Shown here one piece after another: positions 11,903 to 24,773 of a DNA stretch of 64,000 nucleotides (positions are counted from its first letter, which is position 1; each line of letters opens with the position of its first letter). The DNA is from Ophelia neglecta (Eukaryota). The DNA lies in the NCBI GenBank assembly GCA_965285935.1, contig OZ260665.1:74462001-74526000 (forward strand). The letters run 5' to 3'. The notes under the pieces were generated by a model that saw only the letters and a program-made list of their open reading frames with translations, made no database searches and was not told the DNA's origin. A program made the translations under genes and the position numbers.

Positions 11903-14900
11903 CTGTAATCAAAAACCACAGCATTACATCCACAATCAACCCGCACACATTGGTGGTAAACCAAGAAAAGTTCTCCAGCAGTCAAATTATGTTTAACGTA
12001 ATATCGCAACATGAAATTTAAATTTTGCAAAAATTTGAAGTCATTTACAAAAGATTATCACAGATTATCATGGCAATGGTGAATATTTGGACAACTTTCT
12101 GCGCGCAAAATCCTGATAATAATAGTCGAAAGTCTAGGGGCTATATTTTTATTTTTTCACAATTCAGAGCAAAATCTTAAAATAATACCATATTTAGTGT
12201 CACTAACAGCTAGGTTGCCTTGCCAAAATACATAAGATAAAGTTTGTCCAAAAATCAAGCTTTGTGGGATTTTTACAGAAAATGCTGAAAATTCATAACG
12301 AAAATGTGTACAGAAACAACTACAATTAATTATCGACCCCTTCACACTGAATTCATGCACTTAGTGCCAGGCAGTGTTTGGTATTTCTCATGTTCCTGTC
12401 ATAACCAGACATTTTGGTAATACAGTTAAGTTGACATTGGGTTTAGTACACAGAGAGCAGCGTGACAGTGGTGTGAGCTTCTATCTGACATGTCCATCTC
12501 ATATTTACTGAAGGATTTGTAAGAAATCAATACCAGCCCAGAATCATTGTCTGGTACTGCCATCGGAAAACTATATCAACTAAAAATAGCGGTCTGCACC
12601 CGATCACACCGTATCTATCATTAAATCAATTCAAATTGCCGTAGAAAAACAAGCCTGCTTTAGTTTATATACTTTGTTTTTGTTGGTAATCTCTGGCCAA
12701 ATAATCTGGGGTATTTGCCCGTTGCTGTATCTGAAATGACCTTCCATGGCTTTTGGCATAAATATACATTTTCTGACAATCAGATCAGATACAGGCATCC
12801 TTAACAAACCATTAGGAGACTAAGCTTACAATCCTGTGCCAAATTTACTTTATATTGTGTCACTGGGTACTAAACACCCTGTAAGTTTTAGGAGTAGGGT
12901 TGGGCCCTAGGTGGGGTGGGGCGGGGGGGGGGGGGGAGAGCACTGACCAAGATTTATGGTAGGGCCATGCAGCCAGAAACTCATAGTTGAAGGTCATTCA
13001 TGCAGCAATACCACAAAAAAATCAACCCTATTGTACAGCATAATATTAAAATTGAGAGTCTTTATTATAGCATTAAAATGGACAAACTGCCTATATCTAA
13101 AAGTGTGCTGGGAAATAGATTTATTTTTTCCAAATGTTACTGCAAGAGGCCCCTCAATGGAGGTTGCATGAGAACAAGTATATCTCACAAGCCAACAATC
13201 TCTTTTATGGCAAAGCCCAATATTGTGGGCTTGCTTATAGCATCCCCATCAAAAGGGGGGCTATCCTATAGATGGTAAGGGCTGAAAATGATAGCCTTTC
13301 CATTGGAGCATACATACATACTGGTTCCAGATGGGAGGAGACACCCATCTCCCATCCCAAGTCCCATTTAGCCCCAGCCCCCCTCTAGGAGGAGACACCA
13401 ATCCCAAGGCCCCCTCTAACCCCAGCCCCTCTCTGGGAGGAGACACCAATCCCTAATAGTCCCTGACCACCCTCTGGAAGAAACCTATCTCATTCCTTTC
13501 AAAGCTAACAGACCCAATTTTTGGGAAATCCTAACTCTGCTTCCCAACCAGTCTGAGAAGTCCAACGGTAGGTAGCCTGGGGAGATCTGTAGTGCCCCCT
13601 GTTCCCAATCAACACCCTCAACTGAGGGATAACAACAGTTAATTGATTACTCCACCTGTCCAACAATTTTGGTATATTTTTGTTAGTATAGGGGAATAAA
13701 ATTGGTCTCAAAGGGGGCAGCATGTAAATATTTTGGTTATTTCTTGGTAGGGGAGGATGAAATGTCCTGTGCCTTACTTCTTGGCTAACAAACCATGTTC
13801 TTCTCCATAGACACCAGACAAGGTCCGAAGTAATATAGACAGAGCTACTGTATAAATCAACTGGATAGCCAATATGACCCATGCTCCTACTCTTACAAAT
13901 GTCTGGGTTAAAAGTCAAGGACAGTTGAGGAATATCCACAGAAAACAAGACTTCATAACACACCTCTGTCCAAAACAACAACAGGCTTATTCCAAGACTA
14001 CATATTTTCCAGCCCCATAAATAAACTGACATCAATCTCCTCCAGGCAGCAGAATGAGACAAGTATATGATAGCATAGAAAAATCTGGATCTGTTTGTGA
14101 GTTCCATGAGCATTATTTCTGGTAGTAGTATGTTAAAAGGTATGGTCTGATATGATGGATTCGGGTGTCGTCTCCCAGAGTGGGACACATCCCTTGCCCC
14201 CTACCCATGTGTTTACATGAATGTAGACCCCCCTGTAAACCTACCCCTGGTTTTTACGTGTAAGTAGAGCCCCCCCCCTCTCTCCCGGTTTTACATGTAT
14301 GTAGATTATACTTGTAGACTCCCCTCCCCCCCTATAAACCTGTCCCAAGGTTTTACATGTACAGAAGACTGCTTCTCCCTTGCCTCACTTTACTGTCATC
14401 ACAATATCAATGATGACAAGTGTAATTACTTTCCTACATTTTGACTAATTACTTCCCAGCCCATTTATAAAGTTTATCTTCAGACTGTAAATTGCATTTT
14501 TTTTATTTGTGGCAATATCTTTCTTCTCATTGACAATGAAAAATATTTACTGAAATGATCTGGAGTAAACAAAAAAGTGCGAACAATTTTGTATTAATGT
14601 TTTTCACAAGATCGGCTGAGAGTTTCTACAAATTTTAATATCTTTAGTTGCAATATATTTCTTTCTATTTTTAGGATATAAGAGTTTTTATGAACAATCT
14701 ATACAATAAATAAAATGCTAGAATATATATAAGTTTTTGGCAGAGCTCACAATCAAGACTATTTAATAAGACAAAACACACGTCTCTCCTGAACACTGAC
14801 AGGCACAAAACATCAATTCGTATTTTGAGGACCCTAAAATAATGACAAGGCATACATTTTGCTGCATCACTATCACCACCAAAATCACGAATCAATTGAC

Positions 14901-15531
14901 ACTAATCGTGAGAACAGAGCATAACGTGCTTCGTTTTCCCAGCTTTTTATCCCATTTTGCAGGGAGGAGCTATATCAGCTGACACTTCACCCGAGAGTTG
15001 GTGGCTCATTAGAAAAAGATCAGCCATGGAATATCAATCATCTCCTAAAATAACAGTCATTACTCAAATCACTGTCACAACAAGCATGTGGAGATTGACA
15101 TGGAATAGGGGAGAGGCCATTCAGTGTTTGGGGGGGGGGGGGGGGGGGGTTGTGTGGGTGTGTGCTCCTGGGAGCAGGTGTGAGTTGGGCCTTCTATCTA
15201 CCTGACCCTCCACCCACTCCTCAACCTCTCAGCCCCCAAACCCCTCTGGGGAGACACACCCATCCCACACCCCTCTCCCAGAATCCCATCCCACACCCTT
15301 TATGTGAAAGCTGACCATGTTTTCAACAACCCTAGCCTCCCCCCCCCCTTTCCCCCTCACTGGGGGTGACCCCAGTCATAATTGAGGCTGACATGGATAT
15401 TTTACAAAGTCTTTTATCAGACCTACCTCAGATACATGTTTGACAAGTGATCTTTTCTCAAACACCTCTTTATCTAGCCCACCTTTGGCCAATTTATACC
15501 TACCCCTTATAATGATATGTAATTTAGACTG

Positions 15532-15545
15532 GTTGCTATGGTAAC
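15532..15545. promoter_or_regulatory. RFX X-box-like palindrome GTTGCTATGGTAAC
   Basis: Fits the 14-bp GTTRCYATGGYAAC consensus. Related sites occur at 2261-2274 and 9184-9196. Motif match only. Confidence 0.4.
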
Positions 15546-17157
15546 CAGGTCATATAGTTTCAGAGCGCTTGCTCTATGAAGGGACATCTGTAGCGTGGTA
15601 TTAAGTTCATCAAGGTATCGAAAGGATATATATATATATCTTAAATATACCAAAATATATACAGAAATATTCAATAATCACGATTATAAGGCCCATGTAA
15701 TGTTCAGTAACTATCAGATAGAATCAGTTGATCTTCCAGTGAAATTTTTTTAAATAAACAAGCAATTAAATCTAGGAGTTAAACAAGTTAAGATGAATAT
15801 TTCTGGTCTGCCTGAGATCAGCTAGCCATGTTCAAGTCTCCAGTTTCCTCGACAGCTCTGGATACAGGGTCTGTGCTGTGCTGGACGCGTGCCATGGATT
15901 GGCCGATGATCTAAATACCATGGATGGCCCCAGGATCTGCCAGGATTGGCATAGAATGAAAGTCATTATTGGCTGCCAGTACATTATCAAAAAGACAACA
16001 CAAACCTCTAATAAACACAGAAACCCTGGATGTTAATTCTCAGATCATGCATTCTTACTAAATTAATAAATATTTCACTGGCAGATTTAGTGGTGTACAA
16101 GGGTTTCAGACCTTTTTTTGTCCCACAGATAGTTCTAGGGATCGTATTGGATGGGTATGCTCTAGAGAAAAACTGCCCTGTTCAATACCCTAGAGCCACC
16201 TCTGTATCTAATATCCTCTATATAAATTGCCAGACTCAGCAGTTTTCTGCTTACACCAACAGAGTATTGTATATTAAGAAATGGCTAAAAATCTCTGAAT
16301 TTTTCCGAGATAAAAACAATCAAATTAGTGGCATAAAATAAATTGTAGTTTGGATTCACGGCTGAGACTATCTATCTCAATCCATTAGGCATTGAATGTT
16401 TGTGATAAAACAGAAAAACAGTGGCTATGTGCCATGGAACACAATCCAACTAAAATATGTTTCTCATTTAGTTTTTAATACTAGTGTTTGAATGATTTGA
16501 TGCTGGAATGATATGACAGAGAGACTGGGGGAAGGGAGGCCAGGGTAGTTCAGGTCCTCACTTACAGAGACAAACAAAGCAGGAATGCTTTACAGAGACA
16601 CTGAGGGGAGGCCAGGTCCTAGCAGGGACATAGCCACTGTCAGACTGGGGAAAAAACACAGGGTAGAGATATCAGAATTAGAGGGTGCAGGCTACTCACA
16701 GAGTCAGAATACAACCATCTTAGATGGTGCTGCCCACTTAGACTGAAATGATGTGATCTATCCGTTGAAAAGAACACACTAAACCCACAAACCATAATCT
16801 GACTCATAGCCCCTTGAAGTGGACCCTCCTCTCCATGGGTTTCTCCCTCTGGCCAGTGGCTTAAGGGGGGAACCCATGGAGTGGGTCCATTACATATGGC
16901 TTAAAGTCAAATAACGTTATGACAAGGTAAGAACAGTGAAGTGGACAGCTCCACTTACAATGATTCTACTAGGTACTGCAAGATACTGGTGAATTAAAAC
17001 GGCGGGTAAAGCTAACATAGAGAAGTGTTATGGAGGTGTTGACACTCAGACAGGTGGTGGTGAGTCTTAGCTATATACATGAAAACCACCTGATCTATCT
17101 CCTGACCTCACCCTGATAGACTGTAAATAAACACAGAATACAGGTAATATGTGTCTA

Positions 17158-17759
17158 GGCTACGTCAACACTAGACCATAACCTACAGGTGGTACAGAGG
17201 TGTGTCACCACTAGACCATAACCTACAGGTGGTACATAGGTATGTCACCACTAGACCATAACCTACAGGTGGTACAGAGGTATGTCACCACTAGACCATA
17301 ACCTACAGGTGATACACAGGTGTGCCACCACTAGACCATGACCTACAGATGGTCCACAGGTATGTCACCACTAGACCATAGCCTACAGGTGGTACACAGG
17401 TATGTCACCACTAGACCATAACCTACAGGTGGTACCCAGGTATGTCACCACTAGACCATAACCTACAGGTGGTACCCAGGTATGTCACCACTAGACCATA
17501 ACCTACAGGTGATACACAGATATGTCATCACTAGACCATAACCTACAGGTGGTACATAGGTATGTCACCACTAGACCATAACCTACAGGTGGTACACAGG
17601 TATGTCACCACTAGACCATAACCTAAAGGTGGTACACAGGTATGACACCACTAGACCATGACCTACAGGTGGTACACAGTGATGTCACCACTAGACCATA
17701 ACCTACAGGTGGTACACAGGTATGTCACCACTAGACCATAACCTACAGGAGGTCTACAG
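17158..17759. repeat. Minisatellite, 40-bp unit, ~15 copies
   Basis: Unit CTAGACCATAACCTACAGGTGGTACACAGGTATGTCACCA recurs exactly every 40 nt from 17171 to 17731. Confidence 0.97.
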
Positions 17760-18011
17760 ATAAACTTTACACTGCCAACTGATGCCAAGAAGTCTTACTG
17801 ACATATACCCTACCGGCACATGTTGTGTAGCTTATATATTATGCCCCATGCGTAGATATATACCATATGCTGATCTATGCCCTACATTATCACATGTGTC
17901 TATTTAATCTGTGCGCTACAAAATAACCGGTGTCTATCTGATATGTACATCCACATTGTGATAAGTGTCCATCTTATACATGTCCACCCACTGTATAAAA
18001 TGCCAATCCAC

Positions 18012-18140
18012 TGTATGACAACTGTCTACCTAATCCATACTCGCCCACCATGTGACAACTGTCTCCCTAATCCATACTCGCCCACCATGTGACAACTGTC
18101 TCCCTAATCCATACTCGCCCACCATGTGACAACTGTCTAT
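18012..18140. repeat. 37-bp tandem repeat, ~3.4 copies
   Basis: Unit TGTGACAACTGTCTCCCTAATCCATACTCGCCCACCA. Confidence 0.9.
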
Positions 18141-18421
18141 CTGATTCTTGCCACGTTTGTTGACAAGAGTTCTTTCCCTTTCATCCAGATGGCCAGAGCT
18201 CTACCAGAACTACAGTTACTACCAGCCTAACCTTGGCTTCAGATGTCAATCTCCCAGGGTCTGTCTGATATGTGGCCACACTACATAACAGATTGTGGTA
18301 TATCTACTCTTGATCTACCAGCCCCCCCCCCCCCCCCCCCCAACTCCATACGCATTAACTACAAAACTCTATTACTTCTATAATAAACTACCAGATGATC
18401 TTTTTTTTTTAATTACCACTA

Positions 18422-18624
18422 CAGTGCTCCCTGCCAAGAAGGGACCCCCTCTGATGAAGGGACCCTCCGATGAAGGGACCCTCCGATGAAGGGACTCCCT
18501 CTGACCACATTTTTCAATGCCCATTACTTATCTTACCTATGTTAATGCCCTGATGAAGGAACACCTGCTTTGTAGGGACACTTTTGCTTGGATGAAGAGG
18601 TTTCCCTACATCACAGGGACTACG
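18422..18624. mobile_element. MITE, family B-related, with internal CTCCGATGAAGGGAC expansion
   Basis: TA-CAGTGCTCCCTG...CAGGGACTACG. The body is collinear with 39387-39547 (CCTATGTTAATGCCC...GATGAAGG...GTAGGGACACTT). Confidence 0.7.
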
Positions 18625-18802
18625 GTTTATATCACTATATGACAGAAATAATCCATGCTTAACTATTTGCTCTTTACCATCAACAAGCTACTAGTAATAA
18701 AGCTCCCGAGTTTAGTATGAGAAGGCCGGGCCACCCAGGAGACATGAGAAGACACTACAGGACAGACATCCTGTAAAGGTGGCCTGGACCCAGCCAACTT
18801 AC

Positions 18803-18860
18803 CTCTCTTTTTGAGCTGCACTTTGCGAGCCCTATCCTGTGTACAACAAAGTAGATCCAT
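18803..18860 (-). CDS. CASKIN: Putative alternative first coding exon of Caskin (MDLLCCTQDRARKVQLKKR-E), in frame with the SH3 exon at 11902
   Basis: Start context ACAAG-ATG-G, in-frame TAA 9 codons upstream, consensus AG|GTAAGT donor in phase 1 matching the phase-1 acceptor at 11902. No transcript evidence available. Confidence 0.55.
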
Positions 18861-21800
18861 CTTGTCAAACTTATCCAACAGATATTATTTAAAATAACGC
18901 ACAACACAGAAGTCATCAATTGTGAATCTTCTTCATTAGTGATCGCCTGAAATCTCCTTGAGAATTGTCCTTGCTACTCTGCACAGAGCCACTGTTATAA
19001 TAATGCATTGTCACCAGTCACGGCAGAAGGTATCCGGACTTGTGCAGAAACAGGCTTAATTTGCCCAGCTAGAGCGGCAGGCATTTCTCACATGCCCTGT
19101 GCACTTGTGACAATCGCCCGCGGACTTCACTGCTCCTAATCCTATCGCACACAAAAAAATGGAGAATTACGCTGTCAATCTCAAGTAAGTTTTTGTCTCC
19201 TGTTTAGTGTCCGAGGGGGCCACTAGGTGCTCCGTAAAATGTGGCAGCTTCTTTGCACTAAAGATTAAAAACTCTGCGAGTGGATAACCCTTGGCTTGAC
19301 CTTGGTGATTCCTGTCGACTTGCCACCTCTCGGTGACCTCTCCCATCAATGTGTTAGTTTTTTAATGTCACCTCTGCCCGTCTTACCGACTCTCTCCGAC
19401 AGTCTTGGCTGGGAGAGAATCAGGATTACAAACAGTCTCAGCCTTCATGATCCAGATCATCAGCTCAAGGCTCCACATCTGATTAGGTTACAATCGGCAG
19501 GTATCTATATCCCACTAACAGTCCATGCCTACACCTAACCATTAATTTCTCCTACACTGCCTGATCTCAGCCCGTTCTCAGGTCCCTTCTCGGCCCGTTC
19601 TCAGCCCGTTCTCAGAGGAGGACCACCTCAGGAGTCCCAGAGGCCAGGTAGATTCTAATACATCCACAAATTGGAATCACTCCCACAAACAATTTACGAA
19701 CATCAAACTATTCCCTGTGCTATCTTTCATCTGACTCTGCTAAAGAGATTAGCTACAAGCTGTCAGCCAATGAACTCACCTCACCTGTTTAAACACATAA
19801 CCAGGATTTGTTGATGCGTTATACGTTTGATACAACTTAATGTAGATCAACCTGCCTTGTATTACAGCCTAGATAGCTTAGCCTAGCAGTTATCAGCCTA
19901 AAGACACTGTTTAATGGGTTATATAGCACAAAAGAGTGGTATCAAGTATATAGGATGGGTTTATAACTGGTGATCAGCTGGCATCTCTATCAGATTATCT
20001 GGGATGTGGAGGCAGCCCATCTACCAATACATGGTAGAATGGCACCCAATCTCTTTGGAATCACAATGTCCAGCACAATGTCCTCTGATATGAATGGATC
20101 TGCTCTCAATGACCACTGCTCTCATAGTCCCAGGGAAGCATGGATCCTGAAGCTGGAGGTCACAGAGTGCAATGAATCTACCTTATCAGCATGAGTCAAT
20201 TTTAAATATGCCTCGTCAGTCATAAACTGGTCCTAAAGGTGCTCCAAGAGGCATATACCAGTACTTCAGTTACCTTGTTGACACCCAAGTCACATAGTTT
20301 CCCAGTACAGTAGATTTACATCCTAGAATGCACCTTCAAGGCTTTCTGTGAGGTCAATCAGAGGTGATATCCTCACCAAAACTCAGCTATAGAGTCAATC
20401 CACAGATATCCAGAATTAGGCTGTTTTTGTTGTTGTTATTTCTGTATGCAGATCTATTTACAGTTAAGGCCAGTCTCCAGAACTATACCTTTTCCCTGTT
20501 AATCATTTGTCTATAGATCGGTTGCATGTTGTATTGTAGCCTCCTGACCCTCCTAGCTCCAGCTGTAGCTAGTTATGCTAACACCTGTGTTTTATATTCA
20601 TTGATACTTAGAACAAAGCCTTAGGCAGGCTTCAGGTATGTGGTGCACATACAAGCCACTGGTACACGATACATACAATGTCTCCATCAGAAAGGAAGTC
20701 ATCTATCACAGTACCCTACACCACCAGTTCCTTACAGTATCTAATATCCCTGGAAACAAAGCAGTTATGGTTTAGTATGGTTGCAGAGCCATGCTCCAGG
20801 TACAGTGCATGCACACAGAGGAGTTCTGCTGGTGTCTGCCACAGACGAGTGAGGAGCGCACTATTTGAAAACAGAAAATTCCCCGCGATACTGTTCCAGC
20901 ACACGCTGTGCTGAGATCCTGTTGTATAGCTGTGCTGTGAATCACAAATTGGCCCAGTAGGGGCAGCTTGCCCAGGTAGGGGCTAGTGATAGGGTGTGTG
21001 GGGCGTCAGCACCAGGATACAATAGGGAATACGTAGCACAGTAGACTAACGCCCAAATGACTTCAAATCCCAAAGACACCTAAATACTCCAATCACAGGG
21101 TTCTGATGCCAGACTTTAGAAGTAACCACTGATAAATGAAGTCCTAACAGACTTGGCCATACTGTTTCTGATGATGAAAGAGAAAAGCACCCTGACACTT
21201 ATAATTATATAAAACTAGTTATAATGAACTGCACAGAAACAAGGTCAACACCTTTATATATGTACTGTCTGGAGCACTCAAATCTCACAGAAAAAATCAA
21301 TGAAATTTGATATAAGATGCTCTAATTCTGAATGAAAACTTCAGATGGCTGGAAAACAGGAATCCTACATCAAAAGATGTCTGTTTGAAAAACAGGAATC
21401 ACAGTTTCAAAGGACAATAAAAAGTTCTGGACAATAAAAACAAGGTCCTCTATTATCTTATTAAACTCAAAAACTGTCAAAAACTGTCATAACTGCTGAA
21501 GCAGGTTGAGTGTATCAATCAAGACACTGCACTGTCTGACCAGACAGGCTGAGAGAGGTTTGATGTGATGGGGGTCTCTTCAATAGCAGATCCTGGTTGG
21601 TGATGAGTGCATTACAGCATCTTTTATAATGGTCCTAGCATGCATAATCCATGAGGGTTGTACTCTGTTGAATGAATATGTGGTAGATTAGATGGATGTC
21701 AAGTGTATGTGATCACAGATGTGATGTAAAGCTCTCAAACCATCATGTGATGTCACACTAAACAGTCTGCTTTGATTGATACTCAGTTAAGGGATGACAT

Positions 21801-23736
21801 GAGAACTTCAGTGTAGACAGACCCTGTATAGAAAAGGTCCTTTTAAGATAAACCAGGTTCTTATATAATATCCATTAGGCTAAAAACCGCTGGTATAATT
21901 ATCCTATTGTCATTATTAATAAGCATCAGGCAGGTCTAGATGGGTTGTGGTGGCACAGCATGACATCTATTCATCTCACCTCGACCTATACTAACAGTCA
22001 ACCTGGACAAAATATGGTGAATACAATCCAAACCTGAAATGTGAAGAGGCTGAATCAAGGTAAACAGCTCTAAACTTGGCTGAATGGCTGGGCTTGGTAA
22101 CCCTTGGATAGCTCTCCATTCAAACCCCTCCTCAATGTATATATATGAAAAAAGACCATCTTGAATTCCCCGCAGTGAATCTATTGATATTTTAAGTAGG
22201 GTGAGGTCCTTTTACGAAATTCATCTGTCACTGTTGACATACAAGCATTGTGTCTGAAAGGGGAATTCAAACTTAAAAATTAACTGCTAGCTGCTCTGGC
22301 AGGATGCAGGACTGCACAAGTAGGACCTTGGCACCAACTCGCTAATTCACTGGTGACAAAATACTGTAAAAACAAATTCCCAAACAGTTAAATATTCACA
22401 ATAACCATCTACTTGTGTTTAAATCCCAGATCTTAAAAATAAATCCTGGCAAAAAAATGAGTGATATGAACAATATTCCCACAAACTTTTCCACTTTTAC
22501 ATTACACACCCAATTCCCTGGTATTCACAACCTGCCTACAATATATTTTGTTTAAAGTAAAAAACCACCTATTCTGCAGCAGAAACTGTAGTTACCTCCT
22601 ACAGTTTATCTCCAGTTTTCATACTACATCTAAAAAAGGAAAGGAGACAAACTTGTTTTCCGCAGTTTGAGCAGCAATTAATCTATAAGAGGGGATTGAT
22701 TTCAAAACACTCCCCATCAAATTTCTTAGGAGATCTGTTTACCAGAAATGTACTTAGCTTTTTTTGGTCCCTTTTGTTCATAATAATTTTTACCTGCCAA
22801 TCAACCAGGAAAGCTGAATCTCTAATGTTAGATTGTCAGATTTTCTTTAAAATGTTCACCAGAGAAAGATGACCTTGTCTTTATGTCTGTTGGTCCTTCT
22901 TTGTATGTTTTGTCAGTCTAACCAGGAGACATTTTGTCCAGTAATTGAGCGAGGGATGGCTAGCAGAGAGGCCTGATGTCAGATGATGTCTTCTACTGTA
23001 CCCCAGCGCAGGTGATAATTACAATCAAATCAATGCCTTTATCAGCAAAATCTCCAGTCCAGCTAATCAAAGATATCAGATATTTTAGTCAGTATTGTCA
23101 GATGGTCACACTAATACTGGCCAAATGCTGCTACCTACAAAACAGGTCTGCAGGCTTGACCAGGTGTTTTTTATCATCACTAACATCAAAATTGAACAAA
23201 ATCTGTCAACAACTTATAATGATAGGGGACTACACTACTAGATGGCCAGGGGCCAAACATTCTCACAAAGTGATGTGGTTAGCCGGAGTCGATGGAAGAG
23301 TTATTAGAAAACGGCCCACAGCCATAAGAACTGAATCATATCGGTTCCACGCCAATGACCGCGTCCTCTGGTGTTCTAGTCCAATCTCAGTGAAATTTGT
23401 AAACAAGGACTGATGAACAATACCTCACTTTACTGTGTCTATCAAAAAGGCATGTTTGCACATTCCACAGGCCTGGGACAAACATGATGAACTCCCATCA
23501 CACTCCCAACATAAATTTGGCACCTTAAGAGCCTTAAAATGTCAAATCATACAAAGGCACTTGTTTGTACCTTGAAAGATGAGACTGGAGCATTGATAAC
23601 AACACTGTGGGACCCAGTGAATCTTCTCTTGTCACTGCAGTCATTAAATCAGCACTTCAGGTAGATAAGTACATTATTGTCTATTCAATGGCTGTCACCA
23701 TCTATTATGTGGTGGTGAACAAGGATCCACAACTGT

Positions 23737-24773
23737 CTAGGCCTGATCTGGGTACTGTCAAATACACTGTCAGGGCACCACAACAACCTAGGTCTGATCT
23801 GGGTACTGTCAAATACACTGTCAGGGCACCACGACAACCTAGGTCTGGTCTGGGTACTGACAGATACACTGGCAGGGCACCACAACAACCTAGGTCTGAT
23901 CTGGGTACTGTCAGATACACTGGCAGGGCACCACAACAACCTAGGTCTGGTCTGGGTACTGACAGATACACTGGCAGGGCACCACAACAACCTAGGTCTG
24001 ATCTGGGTACTGTCAAATACACTGGCAGGGCACCACAACAACCTAGGTCTGGTCTGGGTACTGTCAGATACACTGGCAGGGCACCACAACAACCTAGGTC
24101 TGGTCTGGGTACTGACAGATACACTGGTAGGGCACCACAACAACCTAGGTCTGGTCTGGGTACTGTCAAATACACTGTCAGGGCACCATAACAACCTAGG
24201 TCTGATCTGGGTACTGTCAAATACACTGTCAGGGCACCATAACAACTTAGGTCTGACCTGGGTACTGTCAGATACACTGGCAGGGCACCACAACAACCTA
24301 GGTCTGGTCTGGGTACTGTCAAATACACTGGCGGGGCACCACAACAACCTAGGTCTGATCTGGGTACTGTCAGATACACTGTCAGGGCACCACAACAACC
24401 TAGGTCTGATCTGGGTACTGTCAGATACACTGTCAGGGCACCACGACAACCTAGGTCTGGTCTGGGTACTGTCAGATACACTGGCAGGGCACCATAACAA
24501 CCTAGGTCTGATCTGGGTACTGTCAAATACACTGGCAGGGCACCACAACAACCTAGGTCTGGTCTGGGTACTGTCAAATACACTGGCAGGGCACCACAAC
24601 AACCTAGGTCTGGTCTGGGTACTGTCAGATACACTGTCAGGGCACCACGACAACTTAGGTCTGATCTGGGTACTGTCAAATACACTGTTAGGGCACCACA
24701 ACAACCTAGGTCTGATCTGGGTACTGACAAATACACTGGCAGGGCACCACAATAACCTAGGTCTGATCTGGGT
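23737..24773. repeat. Minisatellite, 51-bp unit, ~20 copies
   Basis: Unit CTAGGTCTGRTCTGGGTACTGTCARATACACTGKCAGGGCACCACAACAAC. It explains the three 17-aa-periodic ORFs. Confidence 0.97.

Noticed and set aside
13505-14188. 227-aa minus-strand ORF
   Set aside because: No recognisable domain, it starts in a repeat core, and it has no good splice-site pair fitting the Caskin structure.
17158-17759. Regularly spaced repeats resembling a CRISPR array (also 43841-44206 and 54885-55530)
   Set aside because: The units are head-to-tail with no unique spacers, there are no cas genes, and the context is a eukaryotic intron.
18803-18836. 34-nt cassette microexon using the internal TACACAG acceptor
   Set aside because: It is not a multiple of 3 between two phase-1 junctions, so it would frameshift. 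The first-exon reading fits the Kozak ATG and upstream stop better.
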